Source of the DNA: Octopus bimaculoides
Lineage: Eukaryota
DNA length: 64,000 nt
Assembly: GCF_001194135.2 (NCBI RefSeq)
Contig: NC_068985.1
Coordinates: forward strand, 33,651,029 to 33,715,028
Direction: 5' to 3'
Numbering within the stretch: the first letter of the stretch is position 1; each line of letters begins with the position of its first letter. This document shows positions 1 to 14,396 of the stretch, piece by piece. A program made the position numbers and the translations under genes. The notes beneath the pieces were generated by a model, which ran no database searches, was not told where the DNA came from, and saw only the letters and a program-made list of their open reading frames with translations.

Positions 1-793
1 TATCAGTAACTTTAGCCTTCATCAGTAACCTTAGCCTTCATCAGTAAGCTTTAGCCTTCATCAGTAAAATTTAGTCTACATCAGTAGCCTTAGCCATCAA
101 TAGTAACTTTAGCCTTCATTAGTAACCTTAGCCTCATCAGTAAGTTTTAGCTTTCATCAATAACCTTAGCTTTCATCAATAATGTAATCCTTTGTCAGTA
201 ACCTTAGCCTTCATCAGTAACCTTAACCTTCATCAATAACCTTAGCCTTCATCAGTAACTTTAGCCTTCATCAGTAACCTTAGCCTTCATCAGTAAGCTT
301 TAGCCTACATCAGTAACTTTAGCCTTCATCAGTAACCTTAGCCTTCATCAGTAAGCTTTAGTCTTCATCAGTAACCTTAGCCTTCATCAGTAAGCTTTAG
401 CCTTCATCAATAAGATTTTGCCTTCATCAGTAACCTTAGCCTTCAGCAGTAAGCTTTAGCCTTCATCAATAATCTTAGACTTTGTTAGCAACTTGAACCT
501 TTATTAGTAACCTTAGCCTTCATCAGTAAGCTTTAGCCTACATCAGTAACTTTAGCCTTCATCAGTAACTTTAGCCTTCATCAGTAACCTAGCCTTCATC
601 AGTAACCTTAGCCTTCATCAGTAAGCTTTAGCCTTCATCAGTACTCTTAGACTCTGTCAGCAACTTAAACCTTTATCAGTAACCTTAGCCTTCATTACTA
701 AGCTTTAGCCTACATCAGTAACTTTAGCCTTCATCAGTAACCTGAGCCTTCATCAGTAACCTTAAATTTTGTCAGTAGCCTTAGCCTTCATCA
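1..793. repeat. Minisatellite, ~41 units of 19-20 nt (catcagtaacct/ttagcctt and catcagtaagctttagcctt variants); may continue past the left edge
   Basis: Directly visible tandem units with no unique spacers. Diverged variant blocks containing cttagac recur at 474 and 646, 172 nt apart. Confidence 0.97.
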
Positions 794-2339
794 TATGTAA
801 TGATCTACTAACAAAAGAGTCATTAAATATATCTCCAAAATTAATTTATTGATCTCTAAAGAATTTTATTTGCCTATGTCAATCAATACACAATATATAT
901 TACCTAGCTATCAGGGATATGTACTTGGATATCTAGCGAGTTACCTATAATAGACCTATCTGTTCAGAAGGTGATTTAATTTTCGTAGTCTTCACCTTGT
1001 GAAACTGGAGTTTGATGCAAGCCCTCAAAATGTACCTCTGACTTAGGAGGTATTTCTTATTTTTTGTTTACACTACAATATCACAAATGTTAACCAGGAA
1101 ATACTTTTAACTATCTAAAAGAAATTGATATGTAAAAGCAATCAGTGACATACACAGCAAAAAGTGTCTTGTAAATGGCCGATTCTTATTGTTTCTAAAA
1201 TAATATACTAGGAAATGAATTTCTGACTTTTAATTTTGTGTTTTTTTTTAATTTTCTTTTATACCAAACACTTCTAAATTTATGAACTCTTTGAGAAACA
1301 ATCTAAGAGTGGTGCTAATATTGTACAGAAATATAAGATTTATTAATTTCATTTTCCTCTTGTTTAAAATGTATCAAAAAATTACTAATTCATACAATAA
1401 GTTAATTCAGTCTTATTATTGTACTGGCTATTATCTGATTTCCAATGCTAATCTGCTCTTTCCATGCCAGTTTCTAAGTTATTAGCAAGAATCTTTGAAG
1501 TGGTTGGTTAACTTCCTTAGGAGAATTAATAAGGCTTCTGACATTGTTCATTATGTGAGAGTATATTTTGTTTAGAAAAAAATGACTATATTATCCCTTA
1601 ATTATTGCTGTTTCCCTTTCCTTTTTCCTCAAAAATATATATTTGTGTAATTAAGAATAATATAAAAGTGCTATCCTTTATAATTTTCATAATCCAACAT
1701 ATCAAACTTCCGATTTAGTGATATAACAAAAACGATTTTCATCTCTAGAATATAGATTTCTGGATTTAATTCTTGAAAAAGTTTCTTGTGGAAAAAAAAA
1801 TTGTTCACAAAGTTATGTGCAAAATTAAAATCCCATACTTTTTATATGTATTTCTGTCAGTGTCTTCCAAAGATTTTGTTAAGAAGTCAGGAAAATTTGT
1901 AAGCATGAATAATTTATTAGTTGTCACAAAAACTCAGTGCCTATACATCTTTTTTATCAGAAATGATTTTATAGTAGAAAAAATATCCTCATTAAATTTT
2001 TATAGAAGAATATAAGGCAAAAAATTATAACTTCATTTATTAGCAATGATATATATCATGCCAACTTGGAAAAAGGGCATTAAATGATGATGATGATATA
2101 TATTGTCTTTTTACATGATTTAGAAGGACCAATGCATTATCATCATCATCATCATTTAGTGTTCACTTTTCTTTGCTTGCATGGATCAGACAGAATTTCT
2201 TGGGGCAGATTTTCTACAGGTGGATGCACTTCCTGTCACCAACGCTCAAATGTTTCCAAGGATGCTAATAGTTTCCCTTTCATGAAAGACTGGAAAAAGC
2301 AATGTCACTGGTATGGTGATCTCATTTACACATATACAT

Positions 2340-2870
2340 ATATATATTATCATCATCACCATCATCATCATCATTTAGTGTCCGCTTTCCTTGCTGGTAT
2401 GGGTTAGACGGTTTGACAAGAACCGGTAAGGCAGAGAGCTGTACCAGATTCCAGTCTAATTTTGGATTGCTTTCAATGACTGGATGACCTTCCTAATGCC
2501 AATCACTCCAAGAGTGTAGTGGGTTCCTTTCATGCGTCACCAGCACTGGTGCTCTTACATGTCACCAGCACAGGTGATTTTACATGTCTCCACCATCAGC
2601 CATGACTACAATTTTACTTGGCTTGATGAGTCTTCTCAAGCACAGCAAATCGCCAAAAGTCTCAATCACTTGTCATCACCTCCGTGAAATCCAACGTTCA
2701 AAGAAAATGCTTCACCACCTCGTCCCATGTCTTCCTGGGTCTACCTCTTCCATGGTATTTCTTCATACAGCTGTCTTCATCCACATGCATCACATGACCA
2801 TACCAGCACAGTCATCTCTCTTGCATACCACACTTGATGCCTCTTATGCCCACTTTTTCTCTCACTTTAT
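2340..2870 (-). mobile_element. RTE-clade LINE 3' fragment (ORF C-terminus plus 3' UTR with (GAT)n tail)
   Basis: Minus strand translates to ...MQERRLCWYGHVMH...GRGRPRKTWDEVVK...; (cat)n tail on the plus strand near 2350; 3' end shared with other copies in the window. Confidence 0.8.
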
Positions 2871-2897
2871 TGTACATACACACTGACATTACACATG

Positions 2898-2944
<47 letters not shown>

Positions 2945-4489
2945 CTTTTACTTGTTTCTGTCATTAGACTGTGACTGTTCTGGGTACTGCCTTGAAGAAA
3001 TTTTAACCAAATGAATTGATTCCAGTACTTTTTTTAAGCATAGTACTTATTCTATCAGTTTCTTATGTTGAATGGCTAAGTTATGGGGATGTAAACACAC
3101 TAACATCAGTTGTAAAGCAGTGGTGGGGGACAAACAAATACACACACAGAAACTGTAAGAAGCCTGTCGTATATATATATATATATATATATATATACGT
3201 ACACAAATGGCTTCTTTTAGTTTCTGTGTACCAGATCCACTCACAAAGTTTTGGTCAGCCTGAGGCTATTATAGAAGACACTTGCCCAAGGTGCCATGCA
3301 GTGGGACTGCACCCCAAACTATGTGGCTGGGAAGCAAGCTTCTTACCATTCAGCCACGCTTACACCTATATACATATATACACACACATACACATATACA
3401 AGGCTCTGGTTGGCCTAAGGCTGTAGTAGAAGATTTTTGCTGAAGACTGAACCCTACACTACATGGTAAGGATGGAAGTTTCTTTACATAAATGCCTTTA
3501 TGGATATATTTTCATACTTAAATTGCTGTCTTAGTAATTTATGTATGTGTTTCAAGCTAGATGTGTTTATCTGAGCACAAGCAGGATACGTATGTTAATA
3601 TCAATAATAATAATAATAATAAAGATAATAATAATGGTGGTTGTCATAGATGACGTGCTGGTGGTGTTTGTGCCAGCAGTGGTAGTTGTGGGAGGCACCA
3701 ACTACCAGCAGTGCTAGTTGTGGTGATGACAACAAGGATGAAAGCAATATAGAAGAATTGAGAATACCAATAACCATTGTAATACTAGTATTCACTATTT
3801 GCAACATAATCAACGGTGCACAGAACATTTAGTAGCAAAATGCTCAATAAACTTCAAAGCATTGTTAACAATTTGGTCACATCTGTTGTTGCCTATTTTT
3901 AACTGTTTCGGAGGATATAAGAGAAGAAACTCATGTGATGGTATTAGGCTGTATAATGAAATAAAAAGAAAAGCACTACTGGAAGTTTCTCTCATAAAAT
4001 CTTAACTATTGCTACTGAATTATAAAGCACGAGTTTACTTTGCCAAGGATATTAAAAGTGAACTGCCATACAAATAAAGAGACATGTTATTTGATATTGG
4101 AAAAGATTTGGTCAATAAATCCTGGATCTACTATCATCATATGTGAATTTTAGGGGTTTTTTTTTCTTAAATAAAAAGGGGATCATTGAGAGGTTAGTCT
4201 TTCAACATAAATAAATTAGAATTTATACAGGCACAAATATATCTATGTTGTTGAGAAGTTTGCTTTGCAACCATATGGCTTTTTGGGTTCAGTCCCACTG
4301 TGTGTCACTTTGTGCAAATGTCTTCTATTATAACCCTAGACCAACCAAAACCTTGTGAGTGAATTTTTGTAGACAAACTGAAAAAGAGGCCCATCATGTG
4401 AGTGTATGTATGTATGTATGCATGCATGCATGGATTTATGCTTAAAAAAAACTCGTTCACTCCACCAATTGGGGAAGAATAAGTAGAAC

Positions 4490-5090
4490 TTGACATTTTT
4501 GTAGGGAAGAAAGAACTTGATGTGGTGGACAGCTTTGTGTACCTTAGAAGAATGCTTAGTAGAGATCGTACCCATGATTGTAAAATAAATCAATGAAAGC
4601 TAGTATTGCTTTTGAGAAACTTGAGATGCAAGTTCTGTCAGAATGGGGTATCACGGCATGAAGCTCACTGTGTATGAGGTCTATTCTTACATCCCTGCTT
4701 TACGGGTACAAAATGTGGACAACTTAAAGGCATCATATCAAGCAGCTGGAAAGGTTTCATCAGCATTGTATCCAGTGCATCCTGAACATAAAATGGTGTG
4801 CACCTGATATTGTTGTATTTGAGAATGCCAGCAACACCAATATTGAGCAAAGGATAATTTTGAATCAGATGCATTAGGTTGGTCATGTTGTCAGGATGGA
4901 AAATGAAAAGCTACCCAAACAGATATTTTATGGGAAGCTGATCAGAGGGAAAAGACCTCAGCATAAAACTAATGAGTGGTTTGAGGATGTCATAAAAGGC
5001 AGCCTCAAAGCTTTGGAGATTGAAATAGATATCTGAGAGACATTGGCTAGAAGCTGTACATCATGGAGCTTGCTGTTTTGAAGCATTCGC
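4490..5090 (+). mobile_element. Decayed RTE/BovB-like LINE C-terminal fragment
   Basis: Interrupted translation VDSFVYL...KASIAFEKL...SLLYG...QLERFHQHCIQCILNIKW...GHVVRMENEKLPKQIFYGKL...GKRPQ resembles the RTE post-RT region. Confidence 0.7.
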
Positions 5091-5318
5091 TCTGTAAGCA
5101 GGACCCAAGACTACAAAAAACCAAGCAGGAATTGAGGTGTTATGTGTGTGGATAATTTCTTCTCACAAGAGCTGGGTTTGTCAGCCATCTAATGTCACAT
5201 GAGCCAGTGAGAAATCAAGCTGGTCTGAAAAGCCACGTGCATGCACATAGTCAACTAATGTTCAATGTAAAAATGGCACTCTTCTGACAATTAGCAATCA
5301 GCATATATCTATCTATAC

Positions 5319-5384
<66 letters not shown>

Positions 5385-7537
5385 TAGTTATTAGCAAGGG
5401 ATTATCAATCCAGGCAAAATACCTTATAAGCTCTTTGTTATTTACACCAGGCTAACAATATTATTTAGATTTGTAAAAAACTCTATGTAATCTTGTTGCA
5501 GGGTCTGAGGTTATGGTTCATCACCATTCTATATTATAAATCCATGGTTGTGTTCCAGTTATACTGGTTTTTATACAGAGTGATATACAAGGCAAGGCAT
5601 AAATAATGGTTATTACATATTTTTTGTTTATTGTAGTAAATTTGACGTACATCTGTTTTCAGTAGTCATTACAGGTTCGTTATTAATTACAAAGTTCCAA
5701 TAACGAAACTATAATGACTACTGGAAACAGTTGTAAATCAAATTTACTTCAATAAAGGAAAATAGGAAATGGCCATTATTTACGTCTTCTCTCATATATA
5801 TAGGTGGATTTCCTTTGGTTTCAACAATGAGGTTTCACTTGTTCTGTTAACTGTTTTACCTGCTCATTAAATTAGTAAGTGGCTGAGCATTCCACAGATA
5901 CAGAATACTCAATATAATTCGCAGGCAGAATCAGCATAATAGATGTGTGACAAGGCTGTACTTTTATATTTCAAGTATTATCCACCCCACAGGCTTCTAT
6001 GTGGTTTCTGTTTACCTAATTTCATTCACAAGGTATGAGTCAACCCAAAGCTATAGAAAAAGACGTTTACCAAAGATGCTAAATAGTGGAATTGAAAGTT
6101 GTACATCATGGTTGCAAAATGAACAGCTTGACCATTCAGCTATATGGCACCTATAACCTGTGTGTGTGTGTGTGCGCGCCTTGACAATGTGCACTTATTC
6201 TAAACAAATGTCACCATCATACAAAGTGGGTTTTTTTTTTTGTTTGCAATCTTCCTTAAAAAAACTGTCCAGACTGGGGCAGAAATAATACCTTGTTTGA
6301 AAGCAATTTTAGCAAAACATATTAAGCAAACTAATAATAAATCAAAAAACATAAAAATAAACAAGCTTTTGACAGTTTTATAGATATTTCAAATTTAAGA
6401 TGCTATGATGCTAGGTGTTTCCATTATTTTGTCCAACCCCTGTATGTATACAGGTATATCTACATGTGTGAAAGAGACAGCTGTGTGCACATGTGTATCA
6501 TACATGCATACGCAGCTTTCTGAACTCAGTATAGGTACATATAATAAACGGGTGCATTTAATTATTCTCAATGCTTTCAACATCAGATATAATCAGAGTA
6601 AGGTTAAATATGGTGATTAGAGACAATATTATGGGTTAGCTAACATTATTCTAGTTACATATAACTGCTTATTAGATATAACTACTTGTCAGATTGTACC
6701 AGCTCTTCTTTAATTAGCAAGTTCACAGTCTTGATGTTGATGTGTGTGTCTATAATAGAATAATGCTATAGTTTCCATTATATCTATCTTGATGAAAACA
6801 ATCTTATAACCTTCCTCAATAAAACTATAAACACTACTATTAAACAATAATGGTAACAGCAGCTGTGGTGGTGGCAGCAGCAGCAGTGTTGGGGAGTCAC
6901 CTCTTCCTCCTCTTTCTCTTCTTCCACTTTCTCTTCCTCTTCCTCTTTCTTCTTCTTCTTTCCATTTTAATTTCACATTCACACCTGGGAATTGAAAACT
7001 TCCATTTAGATTTTCACAAAGCTCCCCACCACCTGTCCAGCCACCCATCTTCAATGCTATTCTTTTCTCTGAAACGGTTGGAATTATTCTCTCAAATTCA
7101 AGCATTGAATTTATTTTTTCCTATTCTGTCATGACTGTGCTTTAAATTTCTAGGAATCTTTCATTCATACAACTTTTCTTGTGTCATTTTATTCCTTAAT
7201 CTGTTCCTTTAATGAATGCTAACTATTTGTGCTGAAGGACTTAAATATATAAATCTCAAAAACTGAGTATTGATTCATGATATATTTGCTATGGTTTATG
7301 CCAAAATTTTCCCAAATGTTCTATTCAATGAAAATTTCTTGAAAATTAATAATTTTCCCTCAAGTGTGGTTTATAACTATTATTCAATTAGAACTCCTTT
7401 TATCAAATGTTTCTTCTGCGATTCTTGGTACCAAACTTTACTCATTTCAGTCAGGTCATTTATTATATATATATACATATATATATGTCAGTGTGCATGT
7501 ATGACAAAGTTTAAAGGATTTAAGAGAAAATTTGAGT

Positions 7538-7765
7538 ATAAGATGCATCAGTTATAGTGTGCAAGAGAGAAAACTGCACTGGTATGGTCATGCAATGCTT
7601 ATGGATGAGGACAACTGCACAAAGAAGTGCTCATATCTAATTGTGGAGGGAACCTGTAGAAGTGGTAGACCCAGGAAGCTGTGGGACGAATTAGTGAGAA
7701 AAGTTCTTCAGACATTAGGCCTCACAGAGGAGATGACAAAGGACCAGGACTTCTGGCAGTTTGCT
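7538..7765 (+). mobile_element. RTE LINE C-terminal fragment
   Basis: ORF 7532-7795: VQERKLHWYGHAMLMDEDNCTKKC...VEGTCRSGRPRKLWDELVRK. Confidence 0.8.
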
Positions 7766-8516
7766 GGGAAAAGCGCCTGTGTTAATGCTACATAGAAGTA
7801 TAGCAATACTAAATACTGAATGAAAGTATGCCAACATGCCTGTTGGTAAAAATATTGTTCAAGTAATGCTGATAAGAAAGACAGAAAACAATATTTAAGT
7901 CTCATGCTTTTAGATTTATGCTATCTGTGCATTGGTAATTTATTAAAAAGACTATTAGAAATCAGTATTAGTATTTCTGTTTTTATCTGTATAAATTTTG
8001 GGCAACTCAACCTTCATCTCTTAACCAAAGAGCCCCATGTATTCATACTTTATACTTGCACTGTGTATGTTGGAATGATATCAAAAGAAAATTACTTGTT
8101 AGAACCAATAAGTTCTTTGTTAAGAGAAATAAAATGTTACTTCTTAAGCTTTAGTAAAGACTTTTAATATACTGATTGGATAAGAGATATCTTCTAGACA
8201 TCTTTTTCAAGGGGCGTAACTTAATGGTTGGTCTTGCACTGTAGTAACCCAAAGTAACCATAAATTCACCCTTATCTTCAGCAATACTAAATTATGGTAA
8301 CTGAGAGATTGAGTTCTATTGGTATTCACACTATTGTTTTCCCTTTCAACATGTTCTGGCACATGAAATTGGCCAAACTATTTTGTTTATTTGGAATCAT
8401 AAATCTCCTGTATTTATTCTACTACAATGCCTTCTTTTGTTGTTTTATCATAATCCAAATTGATATTGATTGTTCTTTCTTCCCTCTGGACAAACTTACT
8501 AGAATTNNNNNNNNNN

Positions 8517-8567
<51 letters not shown>

Positions 8568-11500
8568 ATATACATATATATACAACCGCTTCTAAATTTC
8601 TTGTGTGTGCCATTTTGATATTTTTCAAATATATATATTTCAGGTAAACTAGATGTGTTTTTGGTTTCTGGATTTTTTTTCTTTTTTAAAGAGATTTGTC
8701 TGTTTTTGTTCCCCAGATTTGTACAGAATAGGATTAGAAAATATGCAGAGAAGATTTATTGATATCTATCAAAATATTTTTTTATTGCTATTGCTTCCAT
8801 TGATGCTGTTAACAACCACATATAGAAGATTTATCAGTTAAATTCTGTCCAAAAATTTCAAAATAAAATTGCTAGCAAATTTAATATACATCTCACAACT
8901 TCCCAAGACCATAATAACGCATTATCTTTCTCTATTCTCTCTCTGTTCCCCACCCTACCCCTCTATCTTGAGTTAGTATGTTTAGCTCTTTCATCATCTG
9001 AAGTCCTATATTATTGTTTTCCACAAGATAATGATCATTTCTCAGTTTTCTGTAAATTCTTTCTTTTTTCCTTTCCAAAATGTTTCTCCCATTTGAAGTT
9101 TTTTTTTCTTTGGGGCAGTGGTGGGCAGGGTGGGGGATTTTTTCTCTCAAAATATGGTTTATATATTTCCATATTTCAACCTTAATGCAGGATGATAGTT
9201 TGGCTGCTCAGGCAGGTATAGAATTTCTTTGTAATTATAGCTTTTGAACTGATCCTAACTTACATACAAAATGCTTCCTGAGTTCAGTTTCTCTGCTGGG
9301 GGTGGAGGCATATTATAAATGTATTATTCAGAGTTAAAGTTTGAATCTTCTTACATAACTGATGAATTTAAGTTGACACCTTCAATAACAACAACATAAA
9401 TACATACATACATACATTCATGCATTTGTACATATATCCATACATATATTTGTACATATAAACTTACATATACACATAATTATCAGTTTTACAACCATCT
9501 TTTTCTATGCTAGAATGGATTGGTTTGGACTGCCATGAAATATATTAACACTAATCTCAATCCTGTTTTATCTCATTCATATGTCCCAGCATCCACAAAG
9601 TTGATCTCACCACTTACTCCCACATTGTCCTCAGCTATGGGTATTCTGTATCACCAGTTTATGACATATTTTCATTTAAACCCATACTATTTATTTATAT
9701 AGCATGATCATACTTGTGCAATTATCTCTCATGTGTGCTTTCAGTTCAGAAACTGAATGAAGCATTCTTTCAGTTTACTCAGTTACACATTCTGACTCAT
9801 GCACCCACAGCAACAAAGAAAACAAGCCAACTTTGATATTCTGTGTCTTACAATGTGAACTAGGCTTGTTTTGTTGTGCCATTGGTACAAGAAATGTCGA
9901 CCTATTGAAGAGGACTATTGAACCTTCTCTCTGCTGTATCAGATTCTATTCAGCATTACTGTTCTCCAAGACAGGTAGCCTGAGAAGTCCTCATTTCATT
10001 CAAAAATCCCATTTTTTACATGTTTTCTTCTTTTTTATGACAGAATATTCTGCCTATTACCAATGACTTTACAATGTAGTGGGTGCATTTCGTTGTGCGA
10101 CAGGTAGTAGAGAAGTTGTCCTGTACAAGGAAGACTAATTTGATCAGTTCTTATTTGAAGTTACTGCCTTTTTAGGCCTGCAACATGACATGCAGAGTCC
10201 ACATCTCAGTCATATATTCCACTATGTTGTGTGTGGTGGTGGGTGGAGCATTAAGGAATATGAAGACAATGAAAGCAGCTATTCCATCAGAGATGGTTAC
10301 TGAGATATAATTCTCAAGTGGAATCTGTGAGACACAGTAAAGCAAAGCTTGCCCTTTGAATTACAGCTAATTGTATGCAACAGATTTCTACACAGTTTTC
10401 AATCCAATTTCACTCAAAGGACATTAGTCAGCTTAAGACTATAAAAAATGAGATTTTTCTAAGATGTCATGCAGGAGAATTGAAAACATGACCTCATATT
10501 AGTTTCAGGCTCAGCCCCTTTGCATGGAACCTTAGGCAAGTGTCTTCAACTACAGCCCCAAGTTGACAAGTGCTTTGTGAGTACATTTGGTTGGCAGAAA
10601 ATCTGGAAACCCTTTGTATGTGTAATTTAACAGTTCAGCAAAGGAGACCAATAGAATTAGTACCAAACTTAAAAAAAGACAAAGCATTGAGAATGATTTC
10701 TTTAACTAAACCTCCAAAGCAGTGCCCAGCATGTCAAAAGTCCAGTGTCTGAAATACACACACACACACATACACACGCGTGTATATACTTATTATATAA
10801 TGCAGGTCAGCCCCAAATGATATTGCCAGCTAATTCTAGTTTTATGAAGATAGTATTAAGAACAGTGTATTCAATAAAAGTTATCCTGTAATTGAAATTT
10901 GGTAAATCTGCATGTTGCAAGATGGTAAAATAATAGTGTTTCAAGGAAGCAAAGAAATAATTAGTTTTAAAATATAACACATAGCCTGATGAAAAATTCA
11001 TTTCATCATTTTAACATTAAATTATTACCAACTCATTTTGGTAATGAATGCATTTTTTATTTATAGAACAAATTAGAACTTTCAGGAAACCTAAGTAGAT
11101 ATAATGTCAGATTTTAAAATTAAAGAGATGTAGTTTGAATTATTATACTTATATATAAATAAATACTTATAATTATATAACATTATTAAATTATTAGCAA
11201 TTGCTAGAAATTGTTATATTAGAAAAAGGAAGTCTCTCAAAAATTTTTATGTGATGTTATAGAGAAGAAAATATTTTAAATGATCTGTACGTTTTTATTT
11301 GTTTGAGTTTTTTTCCCGTATATTAAGGGAAATACATAATTTGTTTCATTTTTTAGTTTAACTTTCTATTTCATATTTATTATTCACCAGATAAAGCATA
11401 CTATCATACTGTGAAAGTTTAATGATGACAAACAGTTTCATTGTCAAAAATTCAAATTTACTAAGGTTGTGATTGACAAATATGTTTCAGAAGAAGTGGA

Positions 11501-12607
11501 ATTGTCTTTTTCTTTTAAACTATTATTATCATTTTCATCATAATCATCATTTTTACCTCTACTTTTTTCCATGCTAGCATATGTTGGATTAGTCTTTTTG
11601 TGGCAATGTTTTAAGACTGGATGCCTTTCCTAGTTACCTCCTAAGTCATACCATGAACTTATTTGAAAAACTGAGATACACATAGTGTTGTTTCTCTTGC
11701 CATAAACTACACTTGAATTAAAGAGACACAAAAATAATAATAGTTGATATTAAAAGTAGAATTGCAAGTTCAGACAAGTAGTCTCTTGGTTTATATAACA
11801 ACCTTAGTTGATCTAGCAATCCACCATTTTTGTGCTAGGAAGAAGACAGGGCTGATATCCTTAAGAATATTCATCTCTACTGAGATAGATATTTTTTTAA
11901 TAAATTTTAAAATAATATTTGCTTATTTTGTATTTGCCTCCTAAAAATGGTACTATTTTCTTTGATGTAGACCAGTTTTCTCCATCTCTATAGAGTTAAG
12001 TGATGTGTTTTTTTGTTTTTTTTTGTGTAACCATTTGATTATCACTCAAACCAGACATATACTCATCAGGTTGTAGTGTTCTCTCTTCTCTTATTCCAAC
12101 TTTTCCTTTCAGAAAAGAAAGCTTGCTAAGATATTCAGCTGTATGATTTTCAATGAAAATCTTCTTAATGTATGATTATCTTCTTAATCTATGATAAGCC
12201 ATCAATGTTAGTCCTTAAAACATGACAAATTCCTGTACCCTGATAATCACTGTCACTGATAACCTAGATAAATTTACTTTTTCCATTAAATGTAGACAAC
12301 TCTTTTCACATTTTTTTTTTTCACATTTCCCAGCAACTTATTTATTTGCAGCATTTGATTTTTGGTTTTATGTTAACATCAAACATGTTGACACATTAGC
12401 TTTCATATTCTCTAATCCTTGAATATACAAAACCTACTTAAGAAATCAATCTACAACATAATTTTATTGCTATCATTTTCAATAAAAGAAAAAAAAATCA
12501 TACTAGATTATAGTTATATTTCCATTTATTGTTGAGATTATTATTAAATTTTTTAAAAACTCAATTCATCTTTTTTTAAATGTCTTAACAAATGTCATAA
12601 AAGTTTA

Positions 12608-13510
12608 TGTCTGTGTGCTGAAAAGTTCATGGTCTGACTATAAAGGAGTAATGTTAGAGCTGTAAAATCTTGCATGCATTCATTTCACCTCTCCTTATTA
12701 ATAACTGCATTCTTTCTTTCCAGCTAAACTGACATCTGACTGTTCAAAAAAGACTTCATAAGTATCTAGTAACAATGTCTCTTTAAAATCAACAAAATTT
12801 GTCATCATGTTGTTATCAAGTACCTGCAAAAATGGGTTTAACACCCTCACCCCAGAACATTCATGCTGACATGGTTGCCACATAAGGAGGTGGCTAGTGC
12901 AAAAGTGGGCAGTTGAATTTAGGAAGGGAAGGGAGAGTCTTGAAGATGAACCAAGGTCTGGAGGTTCTGCAACTGCCACCACCAACAAAAACATTGACCG
13001 TGTTCATCACATGGTGATAGATGATAGGCAATTGACAATAAGTCAAATAACCAATGCTATTAGCATATCCCATGAGAGAGTTGAGAATATTCTGAACAAT
13101 GAACTTGGCATGATGAGTGTTTCTGCTCAGTAGGTGCCACGTCTTCTGACACCTGATCAAAAGCATGCCAGACTGATTATATCATGGGAAAATCTGACAT
13201 TGTTTCAGGTGGATCTAGCTGGTTTCCTGGAAAGTTTCTTAAGCCAGGATGTGTGTTGGGTTCATCACTTTGAGCCAGAGACAAAGAGACAATCCATGCA
13301 ATGGGAACACCCTCCTCACCTGCTCCAAAGAAGGCTTGTGTCATTTCATCTGCAGGGAAGCTGATGGCCTCAGCTCTTGGGATGCAAAGGATGTTGTGTT
13401 TATTGACTTATGCCAACTCACTGAGGCAATCATGAAAGATTATTAAGATCAAACTCCCTGGGAAACTGAGGAAAGGGGTCTTGTTTCATAAGGACAGTGC
13501 TCCAGTGCTT
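12608..13510 (+). mobile_element. Decayed mariner (DD34D-type) transposon
   Basis: Fragments QKWAVEFRKGRESLEDEPRSG (HTH), *VPRLLTP (WVPxxL motif) and QDVCWVHHFEPETK (first catalytic D); stops and frameshifts; mariner-like end gtgctgaaaagttc after TA. Confidence 0.9.
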
Positions 13511-13694
13511 TGTAGTTTTCCAGACCATAGTTAGAAAAACTCTTTAGACAAGTTTAGTGGCTTTGTGGTAAGAAGTTTGCTTCCCAATCACTTGGTTCTG
13601 GGTTCAGTCCATTGGGTGGCATGCTGGGCAAGTGTCTTCTACTATAGCCTCGGGCTGACCAAAGCCTGATGCATGAATTTGGTTGACAGAAACT

Positions 13695-13734
<40 letters not shown>

Positions 13735-14396
13735 TATCGAACAATGAGAATGAATGCTTAACAACATATTGGTGGATAAAGGTTCTTTGTGTATTAAGAC
13801 TACATTGGTTTCATGTTAAGGGTGTTCGTCTTCGTGTGTGTGTGTATGTGTATGCGTGTCTTTGTTTATCCCCTACCATTGCTTGACAACCAGCATACAG
13901 CTAGTGTTGGTGTGTTTATGTCTCTGTAACTTAGCAGTTCAGCAAAAGAGATTGATGGAATAAATACCAGGCTTAAAAAGAAAATTAATCCTGGGGTCAA
14001 TTTCTTTGATTAAAGTTCCTCAAGGCAGTGTGCCTCAGCATGGTTGAAGCAAGTAAAAGATAAAAGATAAGAGACCTTGTTTATTATTCCTAGCACCTGG
14101 ATAAACTAAGACATATAGAATTAAGTGATGTGTCCAAATACACTCCAAAATACCTACAATAAATTTGAGTTAAAGACTCATGAGCTTGGTACCATGTTCA
14201 TTTGGATGTTATAGTTTTATATTATTAATACCATTTGAGAGTTTTCCTAGTTTTAAGCACTACCTTTGCAGGAATGAGAAATGTGTGGTTTTAATGATTT
14301 GCTGCGACCAACATTGGATACATGTTCAGTGTGTATAGTGAGTGATATTATATATAATATGAACAGATATTGGGATTATCAGCTAAAAAAAAAAAA

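Noticed and set aside
1-793. CRISPR-like array
   Set aside because: Units are directly tandem with no unique spacers, no cas genes are present, and the context is eukaryotic.
9112-9136. G-quadruplex-like motif GGGG..GGG..GGG.GGGGG
   Set aside because: A single isolated motif with no supporting context.
9191-9215. 25 nt AG/GT-bounded mini-exon candidate (DDSLAAQA) that would join 28011 in frame
   Set aside because: It does not resemble the arrestin sequence expected before D-G-V, and such sites arise by chance in 28 kb.
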